From Vulcanimicrobiota bacterium (GTDB taxonomy: Bacteria > Vulcanimicrobiota > Vulcanimicrobiia > Vulcanimicrobiales > Vulcanimicrobiaceae): a stretch of DNA of 64,000 bases. The stretch covers positions 6,648 through 70,647 of the forward strand of contig DAHUYK010000128.1 in the NCBI GenBank assembly GCA_027315245.1. The letters run 5' to 3'. Below, in pieces: positions 1 through 9,749 of the stretch (position 1 is the first letter of the stretch; every line of letters begins with the position of its first letter). The translations under genes were made by a program, and so were the position numbers. The notes beneath the pieces were generated by a model. That model was not told the DNA's origin. It saw only the letters and a list, made by a program, of their open reading frames with translations, and made no database searches.

Positions 1-1
1 C

Positions 2-29
2 GCCCGGCATGAAGAGTGCCGGGTGTTTT
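2..29 (+). terminator. Intrinsic-terminator-like hairpin plus U-run just upstream of pheS (end of the upstream gene, or terminator arm of a leader/attenuator)
   Basis: Stem GCCCGGCA (2-9) pairs with TGCCGGGT (17-24), 7-nt loop, followed by GTTTTC. The pheS ATG is at 38. Upstream context lies outside the window. Confidence 0.5.
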
Positions 30-37
30 CATAGCCG

Positions 38-1081
38 ATGACCGATGTGGCCTCCAGCCTAGAGGCTTTGGCAAAGCGCCTCGCCGCCGCCGTCGAGGCA
101 GCGAACGACGAGCAGGCGCTCGAGGCAGCGCGCGTTCGGTATCTCGGCCGCAACGGCGAGGTGACCGCGATCCGCCGCTCCATCGGCCGGCTCGCCCCGG
201 CGGACCGGCCCGGCGCCGGCAAAACCATCAACGACGCGGTGGCGGCGATGGAGCGTGTCCTCGACGAACGCCGCGCTGGACTGGCCGCGCGCGACGTGGA
301 GGCTGCGCTCGCGCATCGCATCGACGTAACGTTTCCCGCGCAGCCCCCGGCTCTCGGCACGATCCATCCGATCCGCCGCGTCATCGACGACGCGTGTGCC
401 TATTTCGAACGCCATGGCTTTGCGGTCGTCCTGGGCCCCGAGGTCGAGCCCGATTACTACAACTTCGATGCGCTCAACATTCCGCCGGGGCATCCTGCGC
501 GCGAAGGTTTCGACTCGTTTTGGATCGACGACACCCTTCTCTTGCGCCCGCACACGTCGCCCATGCAGATTCGCACGATGCAGATGCACAAGCCGCCGAT
601 TGCAATCGTCGCGCCTGGGCGCTGCTACCGGCGCGACGCGGTCGACGCTCGGCACCTCTTTCAGTTTCACCAGATCGAAGGTCTGCTCGTCGATCGCGGC
701 ATCCACTTCGGACACCTCAAAGGTATGCTCACCGGTCTCTGCCGCACGCTCTTCGGTGCATATCAAGAGGTACGATTTCGACCCTCTTATTTTCCGTTCA
801 CCGAGCCGAGCGCCGAAGTGGATACGACGTGCCCGAAGTGCACAGGTCACGCGAGCGCATGCAGCATGTGCGGGGGCTCGGGATGGATCGAGTTGGGCGG
901 CGCAGGCATGGTGCATCCGAACGTCCTGCGTGAAGTCGGCTACGACGCGGACGCCGTCTGCGGTTGGGCCTTCGGCTTCGGGGCTGAACGCCTCGCACTC
1001 GTACGATATGACGTCGACGATATTCGCCGCTTCGTCGACAGCGATCCTGACTTTTTGGAGCAGCTCGGAACGATCTCGTAG
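38..1081 (+). CDS. pheS: Phenylalanine--tRNA ligase alpha subunit
   Basis: 347-aa ORF with class II aaRS signatures (RFRPSYFPFTEPSAEVD; GWAFGFGAERLAL). pheT starts 1 nt after its stop. Confidence 0.95.
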   Translation: MTDVASSLEALAKRLAAAVEAANDEQALEAARVRYLGRNGEVTAIRRSIGRLAPADRPGAGKTINDAVAAMERVLDERRAGLAARDVEAALAHRIDVTFPAQPPALGTIHPIRRVIDDACAYFERHGFAVVLGPEVEPDYYNFDALNIPPGHPAREGFDSFWIDDTLLLRPHTSPMQIRTMQMHKPPIAIVAPGRCYRRDAVDARHLFQFHQIEGLLVDRGIHFGHLKGMLTGLCRTLFGAYQEVRFRPSYFPFTEPSAEVDTTCPKCTGHASACSMCGGSGWIELGGAGMVHPNVLREVGYDADAVCGWAFGFGAERLALVRYDVDDIRRFVDSDPDFLEQLGTIS

Positions 1082-3400
1082 ATGAAAGTTCCGATCTCTT
1101 GGCTGCGCGAGTTCGTCGAGCTTCCAGCGGAGTCGAACGCGATTGCGCAGCGGCTCGCAATGCTCGGCTTTCCCGTCGAGGAGATCGTGCGGCGACCCGT
1201 CATCGAGGGCGTCGTCGTCGGACGCTTGGCCGAGGTTGACCGCCATCCGAACGCCGACCGGCTCTTCGTCTGCGTCGTCGATGTAGGCGACGACGCGCCG
1301 CTGACGATCGCGACCGCCGCGACGAACGTGGCAGCCGGTCAGATCGTTCCGGTAGCCCGCATCGGCGCACGGCTGCCGAATCTGCGCATCGAGCGGCGCA
1401 CGATGCGCGGCATCGTCTCCGAAGGGATGCTCTGTTCGCCCGACGAGCTCGCTCTCGATCCACAGTGGTTCGATGCCGACGGCATCATGCAGCTCGACGA
1501 GAGTCTGCCGATCGGCGGCGACGCCGTCGCACTGCTCGGATTGCGCGACGACGTGCTCGACGTCGAGATCACGAGCAATCGCGTCGATGCGATGTCCGTA
1601 ATCGGACTCGCTCGCGAGCTCGCGGCCTCGTACGGCGTGCCGCTGCGCCTACCGTCCTTCGTCAACGCTGCAAAGAAGCCGGCCGAGCCGGCGCCGCGCG
1701 TTGGGATCGCGTCGGCCGATTGCTCCTACTTCGTCGTGCAGCGATTCGACCACGTTCACGTCGGGCGGTCGTGCGCGCGCGTGCGCGTGCGCCTCGCACT
1801 CTGCGGCGTACGGCCGCTCTCAAGTATCGTCGACGTCTCGAACTATGTCATGCTCGAAACGGGAGAACCGCTCCATTTCTACGATGCCGGGAGCGTCCAA
1901 GGCGGACTCGTCGCACGCGATGCCTTGCCCGACGAAGTGCTGACGACGCTCGACGGCGTCACGCGCGCGCTCGATCCCAAGGTGCTCGTCATCGCCGACG
2001 AGAGCCGCGCGCTCGGCGTCGCTGGAGTGATGGGTGGCTCATCGAGCGAGGTGGGCGAGCGAACGACGTCGATTCTCTTGGAAGCTGCCGCGTTCGCCGG
2101 TGCGCGCATTCGACGGTCCGCACAGTTCGTCGGATTGCGCACCGAAGCATCGTCGCGGCACGAGCGCTCCGTTCCACCAGCTCTGGCCGACGCTGCCTGC
2201 GCGCGCGCAGCGCAGATGCTCGTGGAGCTCGGAGCGGTGGCGTACGCACCGGTCTGCGCGGGCTCCGTTCACTCCGCACCGCGTCTTTCGCTGACGCAGC
2301 ATGACGTCGAACGAACGCTCGGGCAGGTTCTGGCGCCCGGCCGCATCGCATCACACCTGCGCGCTTTGGGCTGTGAGGTTGATGACAGAAGTGAGGTTCT
2401 GCAAGTGCTGCCGCCCGCCTGGCGAGCCGATCTCACGATACCAGCCGACCTCGTCGAAGAGATCGCTCGCATGGAAGGCTACGACGCTATCGAGGCCGTC
2501 GTTCCAGCCGTCACGGCGCACGACGTCTCCAGCAGGGAGTACGAGCGCGAGCGGCAGGCGGCTCGCGTCATGGCCGCGCTCGGCTACCACGAAACGATTA
2601 CGTACTCGCTTCGCGCGCGCGGGGGTGAAGGGAGCGTTGCACTGCGCAACCCACTATCGGAAGAGCAGCGCTATCTGCGCAGTGCAATCGAACCGGCGCT
2701 TCTCGACGATCTCGCTCGCATCGGCCGGCCCTTCCGGCTCTTCGAGATCGGCCACGTCTTCGCGTCCGAAGGCGGCATCGTCGTCGAAGTGCCGCTGCTC
2801 TCCATGGCAGTCGCCGGCGAACAAACGAACGAGCCGGCGTGGAGCGATGCGCAGTTCATTCGGCTCAAAGGCGACCTGCAAGCGTTCTTGCGCGAGCTCA
2901 CCGGCAATGCCGGGAGCGTCCGGCCCGTACAGCGTGCGGGACTGCATCCTGGCAAGACCGCTGGCCTGAGCATCGGGGACGTGGACGTCGCGCTCTTCGG
3001 ACGGGTCGAACCACGGGCTGAGCGCGATCGAGGCGCCTCCTTCCCCCTCTATGCCGGCTCGGTGCGGCTCGATCGTCTCGGCGACACGCTGCGACCGCGC
3101 TATCGCCCTCCGTCACGGTTTCCATCGACCTATCGGGACCTCGCTCTCGCGGTCGGTGTCGAGGTGAGCGCTGAAAGCGTTGAAGCAGCCACGGCGCACG
3201 CCATCGGAGATATTTGTACGGCTGTGCGCGTCTTCGACGAGTATCGCGGTCCGCAGATCGAGCAAGGCCACAAGAGCATCGCCGTGCGAGCCGTCATGCA
3301 GCGCTTCGACGGAACGATAACGGACGAAGAGGCAGATGCCGCGGTCGCCCGGGCCGCCGCAACGCTCCACGAACGATTGGGGGCTACGGTGCGCGTGTGA
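1082..3400 (+). CDS. pheT: Phenylalanine--tRNA ligase beta subunit
   Basis: 772-aa ORF. N-terminal tRNA-binding OB domain (VVVGRLAEVDRHPNADRLFVCVVDVG), B3/4-B5 region, C-terminal FDX-ACB-like domain. Adjacent to pheS. Confidence 0.95.
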   Translation: MKVPISWLREFVELPAESNAIAQRLAMLGFPVEEIVRRPVIEGVVVGRLAEVDRHPNADRLFVCVVDVGDDAPLTIATAATNVAAGQIVPVARIGARLPNLRIERRTMRGIVSEGMLCSPDELALDPQWFDADGIMQLDESLPIGGDAVALLGLRDDVLDVEITSNRVDAMSVIGLARELAASYGVPLRLPSFVNAAKKPAEPAPRVGIASADCSYFVVQRFDHVHVGRSCARVRVRLALCGVRPLSSIVDVSNYVMLETGEPLHFYDAGSVQGGLVARDALPDEVLTTLDGVTRALDPKVLVIADESRALGVAGVMGGSSSEVGERTTSILLEAAAFAGARIRRSAQFVGLRTEASSRHERSVPPALADAACARAAQMLVELGAVAYAPVCAGSVHSAPRLSLTQHDVERTLGQVLAPGRIASHLRALGCEVDDRSEVLQVLPPAWRADLTIPADLVEEIARMEGYDAIEAVVPAVTAHDVSSREYERERQAARVMAALGYHETITYSLRARGGEGSVALRNPLSEEQRYLRSAIEPALLDDLARIGRPFRLFEIGHVFASEGGIVVEVPLLSMAVAGEQTNEPAWSDAQFIRLKGDLQAFLRELTGNAGSVRPVQRAGLHPGKTAGLSIGDVDVALFGRVEPRAERDRGASFPLYAGSVRLDRLGDTLRPRYRPPSRFPSTYRDLALAVGVEVSAESVEAATAHAIGDICTAVRVFDEYRGPQIEQGHKSIAVRAVMQRFDGTITDEEADAAVARAAATLHERLGATVRV

Positions 3401-3939
3401 GCGGATCCGTTGGTTGGCCGGACGTCGTCATCGTCACCGTGCTGGCGATCGCAGCGATCAAGGGGTTTGCTCGAGGGTTTCTCGCGGAGCTCCGCGGCGC
3501 GGCGGCAGTCCTGTCGGCACTTGCGGCCGGCCTCTACTACAACGGCGTCTTCGATGCAGCGTTGGAGGAGACGTTCAAGATGAACCTCGGCAGCGCCGAC
3601 ATCACGGGCCGGATCGTCAGCGCGGTCATCGTGTACGTCATCGTCATGCTGTTGTTTTCGCTCCTCTCGCGTTACGCGAAGCTCCCTGCGCTCGGCGCGG
3701 GCAATGCGATCGGCGGCGGTGTCGTCGGCTTCATCAAAGGCGCGATCCTGCTCTGGATCGCGCTCTTCGTATCGCTCCTATTCCCGCTCTCCGGCCAGGT
3801 GCGCTCCGATCTGCACAAATCACGCCTTGTCGCCATTCTCGTGCAGCAGAGCGAACGCGTCGACGCAGCGATCTACGGTAAGATGCCGGACGTCGCGAAG
3901 CCGTTTGTCAAGCCGATTCTCGATCGAGAACAAGTCTAG
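3397..3939 (+). CDS. cvpA: CvpA-family (colicin V production-like) integral membrane protein
   Basis: GTG at 3397 overlaps the pheT stop (GTGA). N-terminus WPDVVIVTVLAIAAIKGFARGF plus several hydrophobic helices is typical of CvpA. The first 61 codons of the track ORF (3214) are an Arg-rich extension inside pheT and were trimmed. Confidence 0.7.
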   Translation: MSGSVGWPDVVIVTVLAIAAIKGFARGFLAELRGAAAVLSALAAGLYYNGVFDAALEETFKMNLGSADITGRIVSAVIVYVIVMLLFSLLSRYAKLPALGAGNAIGGGVVGFIKGAILLWIALFVSLLFPLSGQVRSDLHKSRLVAILVQQSERVDAAIYGKMPDVAKPFVKPILDREQV

Positions 3940-3951
3940 GGAAGGTCTGAT

Positions 3952-6405
3952 TTAGCGGCGCGCTTTGCGCTGCCGGTGAATTCGAGGACGTTTCATTGCG
4001 CCGTTGCGGTGCATGGGAACGACGTTGTTCGCGCGACGGCCGGTCTCGAAGACCGTCGGCGCGATGATGCGCTTGCCGAGCGCGAACTCGAACACTTCCG
4101 AAAGCTGCTCGACGGGATGCAGTTCCATGGCGTCGCGAACTTCTTTGGGAATGTCGTCGAGATCAACCTCGTTGCGCTTGGGGAAGAGCACTTTCGTTAT
4201 CCCGGCGCGCCTGGCGCCCAGCACCTTCTCCTTGAGGCCACCGATGGGCAACACCTGACCAGTGAGCGTGATCTCACCCGTCATCGCGACCGACGGATCG
4301 ACCTTGATCCCCATGAGGACCGAGGCAATCGAGGTTACGAGCGCGATGCCGGCCGACGGCCCCTCTTTCGGTGTCGCCCCCGCCGGGACGTGCACGTGCA
4401 CGTCGTGTTTCGCGAAGTACTCCTCCGGTAAGCCCAACTCGGCGGAGCGCGACCGCAGGAACGACACCGCCGCTTGCGCGCTCTCCTTCATGACGTCGCC
4501 GAGCTGACCGGTGAGAACGAGCTTGCCGGCTCCCGGCATCGCTTGCGTTTCGATGAAGATGATGTCGCCGCCGAAGGGCGTCACCACCATACCGGTTGCG
4601 ACGCCGATCGACGCTACGCGCCGGCGCGCTTCGTTGAAGAACGGCTGCTTCCCGAGGTACTCGTTGATGCTCTGCGGCTTGATGCGAGCGCGCAACTGCG
4701 GCTCGGAAACGATCTTGCGCGCCACTTTTCGGAAAATCGTGCCGATCTGCCGCTCGAGATTGCGGACGCCAGCTTCGCGCGTGTACTCCGTGATGATCGC
4801 TCGCAGCGCGGCATCCCCGATATGCACTTGCGACTCCCGCAGACCGTTGGCCGCGCGCTGCTTCTTGAGAAGATACCGCTTGGCAATCTGCATCTTCTCG
4901 AGCTCCGTGTACCCGGAGAGTTGAATGATTTCCATGCGGTCGCGCAGTGCCGGAGAGACGGTTTCCAGCGAGTTAGCCGTGCAGATGAAGAGCACGTGCG
5001 AGAGATCGAACGGCAAGTCGAGGTAGTGATCGCGAAAGTTGACGTTCTGTTCCGGATCGAGCACCTCGAGCAGCGCCGACTGAGGATCGCCGCGGAAGTC
5101 GGCGCCGACCTTGTCGATCTCGTCGATCATCATGACGGGGTTCTTCGTGCCCGCGTCGCGCATCGAGCGCACGATCGTGCCGGGCATCGCGCCGATGTAC
5201 GTCCGGCGATGCCCGCGAATCTCGGCCTCGTCGCGCACGCCGCCGACCGAGATCCGAACGAACTTGCGTCCCATCGCGCGTGCGATGGAATGACCGAGCG
5301 ACGTCTTCCCGACGCCCGGCGGCCCGACGAAGCAGAGAATCGGCCCGGTGAGGCGCTTTTTGAGTTTGCCGACCGCGAGATACTCGACGATGCGGTCTTT
5401 GATTTTATCGAGATCGTAGTGGTCTTCGTCGAGGATCTCGCGCGCTTTCTCGATGTCGATGTGATCCGTCGTCTGCACTTCCCACGGCAGTTGCACGAGC
5501 CAATCGAGATACGTCCGGATGACGCTGTACTCCGGAGACGCCTGCGGCACACGCGACAGGCGGTCGAGCTCACGATCCGCGGTCTTACGCGCCTCCTCGG
5601 GCATCTTCGCCTCGTCGATCTTCGTACGGAGCTCGTTCGTCTCTGCTTGCTGGGGATCGACCTCTCCAAGCTCTTCCTGAATCGCGCGCAGTTGCTGGCG
5701 TAGGTAGAACTCGCGCTGGTTCTTCTCCATTTCGCGCTGAATATCGCTCTGGATCTTGTGCCCGAGTTCGACGACTTCGAGCTCCTTCGTCAAGAGCATC
5801 GTGAGCTTGCGCATGCGCTTGCCGGTGTCGCGTTCCTCGAGCAACGCCTGACGATCCGGCGTGTCGAGGCGCATCGTCGACGCGACGAGATACGAGAGCG
5901 CTGTTGGATCGGTGATGTTCTGCGCCTCCATCTCGAGCTCGCGCGGCGCCTGCGGCAGATACGACAGCAGCTTTGCAAAGAGGCCCGAGAGGTTGCGCTG
6001 CATGGCGACGAGTTCTTCGCTCTCGACGATGATGTCGGGAAGCTCGGTATACGTCGCGACCATGTATGGCTGTTCTTGTGTGAACTGCTCGGCGCGAAAG
6101 ACTTGCTGGCCGGCGACGATGCAGCGCAGCGTCCCATCGGGGACCTTGAGCATCTTTTGGATGACGCCGATGGTGCCGATGCGATGCAGATCCTCTGGTG
6201 CCGGATTCTCGATCTCGCGGTCGCGCAGGAGGCACAGTCCAATGGATTTTCCTTCGCGCAGCGCCTCCTCGACGAGCGCGATGCCCGGCTTCTTCACGAC
6301 CGCAAGCGGAATCGCGAGATTGGGAAAGAGCACCGCGTCCTGCAGCGGCAGAATGCCGATGGACGGTGCGGCGGCGGCCGGCCGCGGGCTTTTCGGGGAC
6401 GGCAT
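3952..6405 (-). CDS. lon: ATP-dependent Lon protease
   Basis: About 817 aa. LON N-domain, AAA+ Walker A GPPGVGKTSLG, proteolytic-site motif PKEGPSAGIA. The ATG at 6405 shares one base with the hsp20 stop (TGATG). Confidence 0.95.
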   Translation of the reverse strand: MPSPKSPRPAAAAPSIGILPLQDAVLFPNLAIPLAVVKKPGIALVEEALREGKSIGLCLLRDREIENPAPEDLHRIGTIGVIQKMLKVPDGTLRCIVAGQQVFRAEQFTQEQPYMVATYTELPDIIVESEELVAMQRNLSGLFAKLLSYLPQAPRELEMEAQNITDPTALSYLVASTMRLDTPDRQALLEERDTGKRMRKLTMLLTKELEVVELGHKIQSDIQREMEKNQREFYLRQQLRAIQEELGEVDPQQAETNELRTKIDEAKMPEEARKTADRELDRLSRVPQASPEYSVIRTYLDWLVQLPWEVQTTDHIDIEKAREILDEDHYDLDKIKDRIVEYLAVGKLKKRLTGPILCFVGPPGVGKTSLGHSIARAMGRKFVRISVGGVRDEAEIRGHRRTYIGAMPGTIVRSMRDAGTKNPVMMIDEIDKVGADFRGDPQSALLEVLDPEQNVNFRDHYLDLPFDLSHVLFICTANSLETVSPALRDRMEIIQLSGYTELEKMQIAKRYLLKKQRAANGLRESQVHIGDAALRAIITEYTREAGVRNLERQIGTIFRKVARKIVSEPQLRARIKPQSINEYLGKQPFFNEARRRVASIGVATGMVVTPFGGDIIFIETQAMPGAGKLVLTGQLGDVMKESAQAAVSFLRSRSAELGLPEEYFAKHDVHVHVPAGATPKEGPSAGIALVTSIASVLMGIKVDPSVAMTGEITLTGQVLPIGGLKEKVLGARRAGITKVLFPKRNEVDLDDIPKEVRDAMELHPVEQLSEVFEFALGKRIIAPTVFETGRRANNVVPMHRNGAMKRPRIHRQRKARR

Positions 6406-6791
6406 CAAACCGGAACCCGTCTGACGATCATGCGAATCTCCGTCGGCTCGGTCAGGCGATATGGTGTCTGCGCAAGGCCAAGCTCGATCGTCAGCACTCC
6501 GTCCGCGTACGTCGCGTTCGCGCCATCGTACTCCACGGCCAACGGCAAAGAAATGCGCTTCGCGAACTCTCCGTACGCAATTTCCTTCTGGGCGTACGAA
6601 CCCGATCGCGCGCGCTCGCGCGGGCGGCAGCCCCTGATGAGCAGATGCCGCTCGTCGTCGATCGAGACGCGCAGGCTCTCCGGATCGGCGCCGGCGGCTT
6701 CGACCGCGACGATGATCGTGCCACGGGCGTCATCGACGAAGACGTCTGCGTTCGGCTCGAAACAGACGCGCGATCGGATCACGAAATCCAT
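6405..6791 (-). CDS. Hsp20/alpha-crystallin family small heat-shock protein
   Basis: 128 aa from the ATG at 6791. Alpha-crystallin-like C-terminal half (FAKRISLPLAVEYDGANATYADGVLTIEL). The longer track ORF (to 7259) is an Arg-rich extension overlapping the upstream gene. Confidence 0.75.
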   Translation of the reverse strand: MDFVIRSRVCFEPNADVFVDDARGTIIVAVEAAGADPESLRVSIDDERHLLIRGCRPRERARSGSYAQKEIAYGEFAKRISLPLAVEYDGANATYADGVLTIELGLAQTPYRLTEPTEIRMIVRRVPV

Positions 6792-6850
6792 CCTCTCACA
6801 ATACCCGCTTTCCAGCGTTGCGGATGCAGCGGCAGGCCTTCTACGGAGAC

Positions 6851-7396
6851 TTAGAGCGACGGGTCCGGCAACGGCCGTCCCGCCGGCCATCCGACGCACG
6901 GCTGGATGCGAATCCGCAGCGGCTCGAGCGCTCGGGCCGGAATCTGGACGCGAAAAAACCGCTGCGCCCGCACGGGGACGCCGTAGCGCATCGTCGGCGG
7001 AAAGGCCACCGGTTCGACGGGCGACAGGCGAGTCGAGGCGAGCACGTGGTTGATCTGCCGCGCGAGCGCCCCCGACATGTAATCCGCCGTACGCTGTCCG
7101 AGCCACGTCGTTCCATCGGCGGTCGTGTAGAGATAGCCCATCAGCTCGTCGTTCGTCAGCGTGTTCGTCGAGATGACGCGGGCAATGCGCACGATCTGCA
7201 TCTCGCGAACCACCGGTTCTTGCAGGACATGCGGAACGGCACGCGGTGAATCCAGGCAAGGCCCGTTGTTGAGAATCGCGACGACGACGGGTGTCGCCGG
7301 CTGCGGCGTCACGACCGCAGGCAGCGGCGCAGATGGCGCGGCCTGGGCGACGGACAGCGGAGCGAGCAGCGCGACGAGAAGCAGTGAAAGCAGCAT
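6851..7396 (-). CDS. Hypothetical secreted protein
   Basis: 181 aa from the ATG at 7396, with signal peptide MLLSLLLVALLAPLSVAQA. The rest of the 366-aa track ORF overlaps the permease on the other strand and was trimmed. No family recognised. Confidence 0.55.
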   Translation of the reverse strand: MLLSLLLVALLAPLSVAQAAPSAPLPAVVTPQPATPVVVAILNNGPCLDSPRAVPHVLQEPVVREMQIVRIARVISTNTLTNDELMGYLYTTADGTTWLGQRTADYMSGALARQINHVLASTRLSPVEPVAFPPTMRYGVPVRAQRFFRVQIPARALEPLRIRIQPCVGWPAGRPLPDPSL

Positions 7397-7444
7397 GCCG
7401 GGGGACTTCGCATCAGGAGCATCCGAGAACCTCTGAATACGACG

Positions 7445-8788
7445 TTGCTGAGAAGGCTGGGAACACGCGATGCCGCGCTCATCGTCATGGGCGGCATCGT
7501 CGGCTCGGGCATCTTTCGCAACCCTTCGGTCGTGGCACAGCGCCTTCACGCCGGATGGGCAATGCTCGGGGTCTGGCTGGCGGGCGGCGCGGTTGCGTTG
7601 CTCGGAGCGTTCGTCTTCGCCGAACTCGCCGCACGGCGCCCGCATGACGGCGGCCTCTATGCGTATTTGCGCGACGCGTTCCATCCCGTCGTCGCCTTCA
7701 TGTACGGATGGACGCTCCTCCTCGTCTCGCAGAGCGGCGGCATGGCCGCCGCCGCGCTCACCTTCGCCGGATACTTCGCACCGCTGACCGGCGTGCGCGT
7801 CGATCCGGTGCTGCTGGCATTCGCGGTGCTGACGATCTTTACAGTCGTGAACTGCCTGGGCGTTCGCCAGGGCAGCACGCTGCAGAACGTCTTCATGGTC
7901 TTCAAGATCGCCGCGATCGCCGGTCTCATCGCTGCCGGTTTCATGGCGCATCCCACGGCCGCGGCGGCGATCGCCGAGCCGACCGCGGGAACGACGCTCT
8001 CGCTGCTCGGCGCAATGGCCATCTCGATGATCGCCGTGCTCTTCGCGTACAGCGGCTGGCAGACGTCGAGCTTCATGACCGCCGAGCTCAAAGAGCCCGC
8101 CCGTTCGCTGCCGCGCGGGCTCTTGTGGGGCGTCGGAGGCGTCATCGTTCTCTACGTGTTCGTGAACGTCGTCTGCTTGCGCGTGCTTGGGCCCGCCGGC
8201 TTAATGCATACCGACGCGCCGGCATCGGAGGTACTGCGGGCGTTCATGGGAGCGCGCGGCGCGCAGGTCATCGCGGCGCTCATCGCTCTCTCGACGCTCG
8301 GGTTTCTAAGCAATCAAATTCTCGTCTCACCGCGCGTCTACCACGCGATGGCGGAAGACGGCGTCTTCTTCAAGTCAATGGCGTGGCTTCATCCCAGGAC
8401 GCGCGTTCCGGTCGTCGCGATCGCGTTGCAGGGCGCCGTCGCCGTGATCATCACGTTCTGGAAGGGGTACGCGCAAATCCTCAACTACGTCATCTCGGTC
8501 GACTACGTCTTCTTTGCGCTCTCCGCGATCGCGCTCTTCGTCTTTCGCGCGCGCGATCGCGCGCAGGGAGCGCCGGCACCAGGATTCCTCGCTCCGCTGC
8601 ATCCGCTCACGACGGGGCTCTTCGGAATCGTCGCGATCGGCGTCGTGCTCACGACGTATGTGGATTCGCCGCTCAACGCATGCGTGACGGTGGGGCTGCT
8701 ACTCGTCGCGATTCCTGTCTACTTCGTCTTTACGGCGACGTCAGCTTCGTCCAATCGTCGCGCGCGATCCGAAGATCGTTCTCGTTGA
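7445..8788 (+). CDS. APC-superfamily amino acid permease
   Basis: 447 aa with about 12 hydrophobic segments. N-terminal signature LGTRDAALIVMGGIVGSGIF is typical of amino acid/polyamine/organocation transporters. TTG start. Confidence 0.85.
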   Translation: MLRRLGTRDAALIVMGGIVGSGIFRNPSVVAQRLHAGWAMLGVWLAGGAVALLGAFVFAELAARRPHDGGLYAYLRDAFHPVVAFMYGWTLLLVSQSGGMAAAALTFAGYFAPLTGVRVDPVLLAFAVLTIFTVVNCLGVRQGSTLQNVFMVFKIAAIAGLIAAGFMAHPTAAAAIAEPTAGTTLSLLGAMAISMIAVLFAYSGWQTSSFMTAELKEPARSLPRGLLWGVGGVIVLYVFVNVVCLRVLGPAGLMHTDAPASEVLRAFMGARGAQVIAALIALSTLGFLSNQILVSPRVYHAMAEDGVFFKSMAWLHPRTRVPVVAIALQGAVAVIITFWKGYAQILNYVISVDYVFFALSAIALFVFRARDRAQGAPAPGFLAPLHPLTTGLFGIVAIGVVLTTYVDSPLNACVTVGLLLVAIPVYFVFTATSASSNRRARSEDRSR

Positions 8789-9749
8789 GCTGCGCAAGCG
8801 GCGTCTGTGTGAGATCTTCGCGCGCGCAAAGATCCTCCGCTGTCGTGTCGACGAACAGCAGTCCGGTGACGAGCTCGCCCCGGTCACGTGTCTCGTTCAC
8901 GATCTGCAGCGCGCCGACGCGGCTCGTCGGATCGTATTCGCGTTCGAGCTTGCGCAACAGCACGTGCGATCCATCGTCGAAGACGATGTCCTGCACGGTG
9001 CCCGGCTCGTAATCGATCTCGATCTCCTTGCTGCTCATGATGAAATCCGGCGTATGAAGCGCGAACTCGTGCTCCTTCACATACGCGTAGCTCTTCGTCG
9101 AGCCGACGTGATCGTTGAACGTGACGCACGGGCTCACGATGTCGAGCACCGCCGTTCCCCGATGCGCGAACGCCGCCTGTAGAAGCGGCACGAGTTGCTT
9201 GCCATCGCCTGAAAACGAGCGGGCGACGAACGAGGCGCCCAGCTCGATCGCCAGACCGCAGAGATCGATCGCACCGTAGTCGTTCACTGTGCCGTTCTTC
9301 TGCTTCGAGCCCGCGTCCGCGGTCGCTGAGAACTGCCCCTTCGTCAGGCCGTAGCACCCGTTGTTCTCGATGAGATACGTGCAGTCGAGGTTACGGCGCA
9401 CCATGTGACAGAACTGCCCGAGGCCGATAGAGGCCGTGTCGCCGTCGCCGCTGATGCCGAGCACGAGCAGATCGCGATTGGCGAGCTTCGCCCCGGTGGC
9501 GGCGGAGGGCATGCGCCCGTGCAGCCCGTTGAAACCGTGAGCCCGCTCGACGAAGTAGGCCGGCGTCTTCGACGAGCAGCCGATGCCGCTCATCTTCGCC
9601 AGACGATGTGGGTCGACACCGAACTCGTACAGCGCTTTGACGAGGTGGTTTGTGATCGAGTTGTGGCCGCAGCCCGCGCAGAGCGTCGTGGGAAGACCCT
9701 TGTAGACGTCGCGCGCGAGGCCGATGATGTTGACGTTCGTGGTGCTCAT
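8730..9749 (-). CDS. korB: 2-oxoacid:ferredoxin oxidoreductase beta subunit (TPP-binding)
   Basis: 339 aa from the ATG at 9749 (TAATG overlap with the korA stop). Motifs LCAGCGH and LGISGDGDTASIG (TPP/Mg GDG). The upstream Arg-rich part of the track ORF was trimmed. Confidence 0.9.
   Translation of the reverse strand: MSTTNVNIIGLARDVYKGLPTTLCAGCGHNSITNHLVKALYEFGVDPHRLAKMSGIGCSSKTPAYFVERAHGFNGLHGRMPSAATGAKLANRDLLVLGISGDGDTASIGLGQFCHMVRRNLDCTYLIENNGCYGLTKGQFSATADAGSKQKNGTVNDYGAIDLCGLAIELGASFVARSFSGDGKQLVPLLQAAFAHRGTAVLDIVSPCVTFNDHVGSTKSYAYVKEHEFALHTPDFIMSSKEIEIDYEPGTVQDIVFDDGSHVLLRKLEREYDPTSRVGALQIVNETRDRGELVTGLLFVDTTAEDLCAREDLTQTPLAQLNENDLRIARDDWTKLTSP

Noticed and set aside
59-1246. 395-aa minus-strand ORF over pheS
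   Set aside because: Antisense shadow of pheS with no motifs; pheS is certain.
6792-6850. GGGTAT hexamer upstream of hsp20 as a sigma-B-type -10
   Set aside because: No GTTT-type -35 lies at 12-15 nt, and the hexamer is only ~9 nt from the ATG. The transcript would then lack the GAGAGG ribosome-binding site.
4474-7053. Long plus-strand ORFs (4474-5703, 5758-7053) opposite lon and hsp20
   Set aside because: Antisense to lon with a biased Arg/Leu/Asp composition. No family features or plausible start context.
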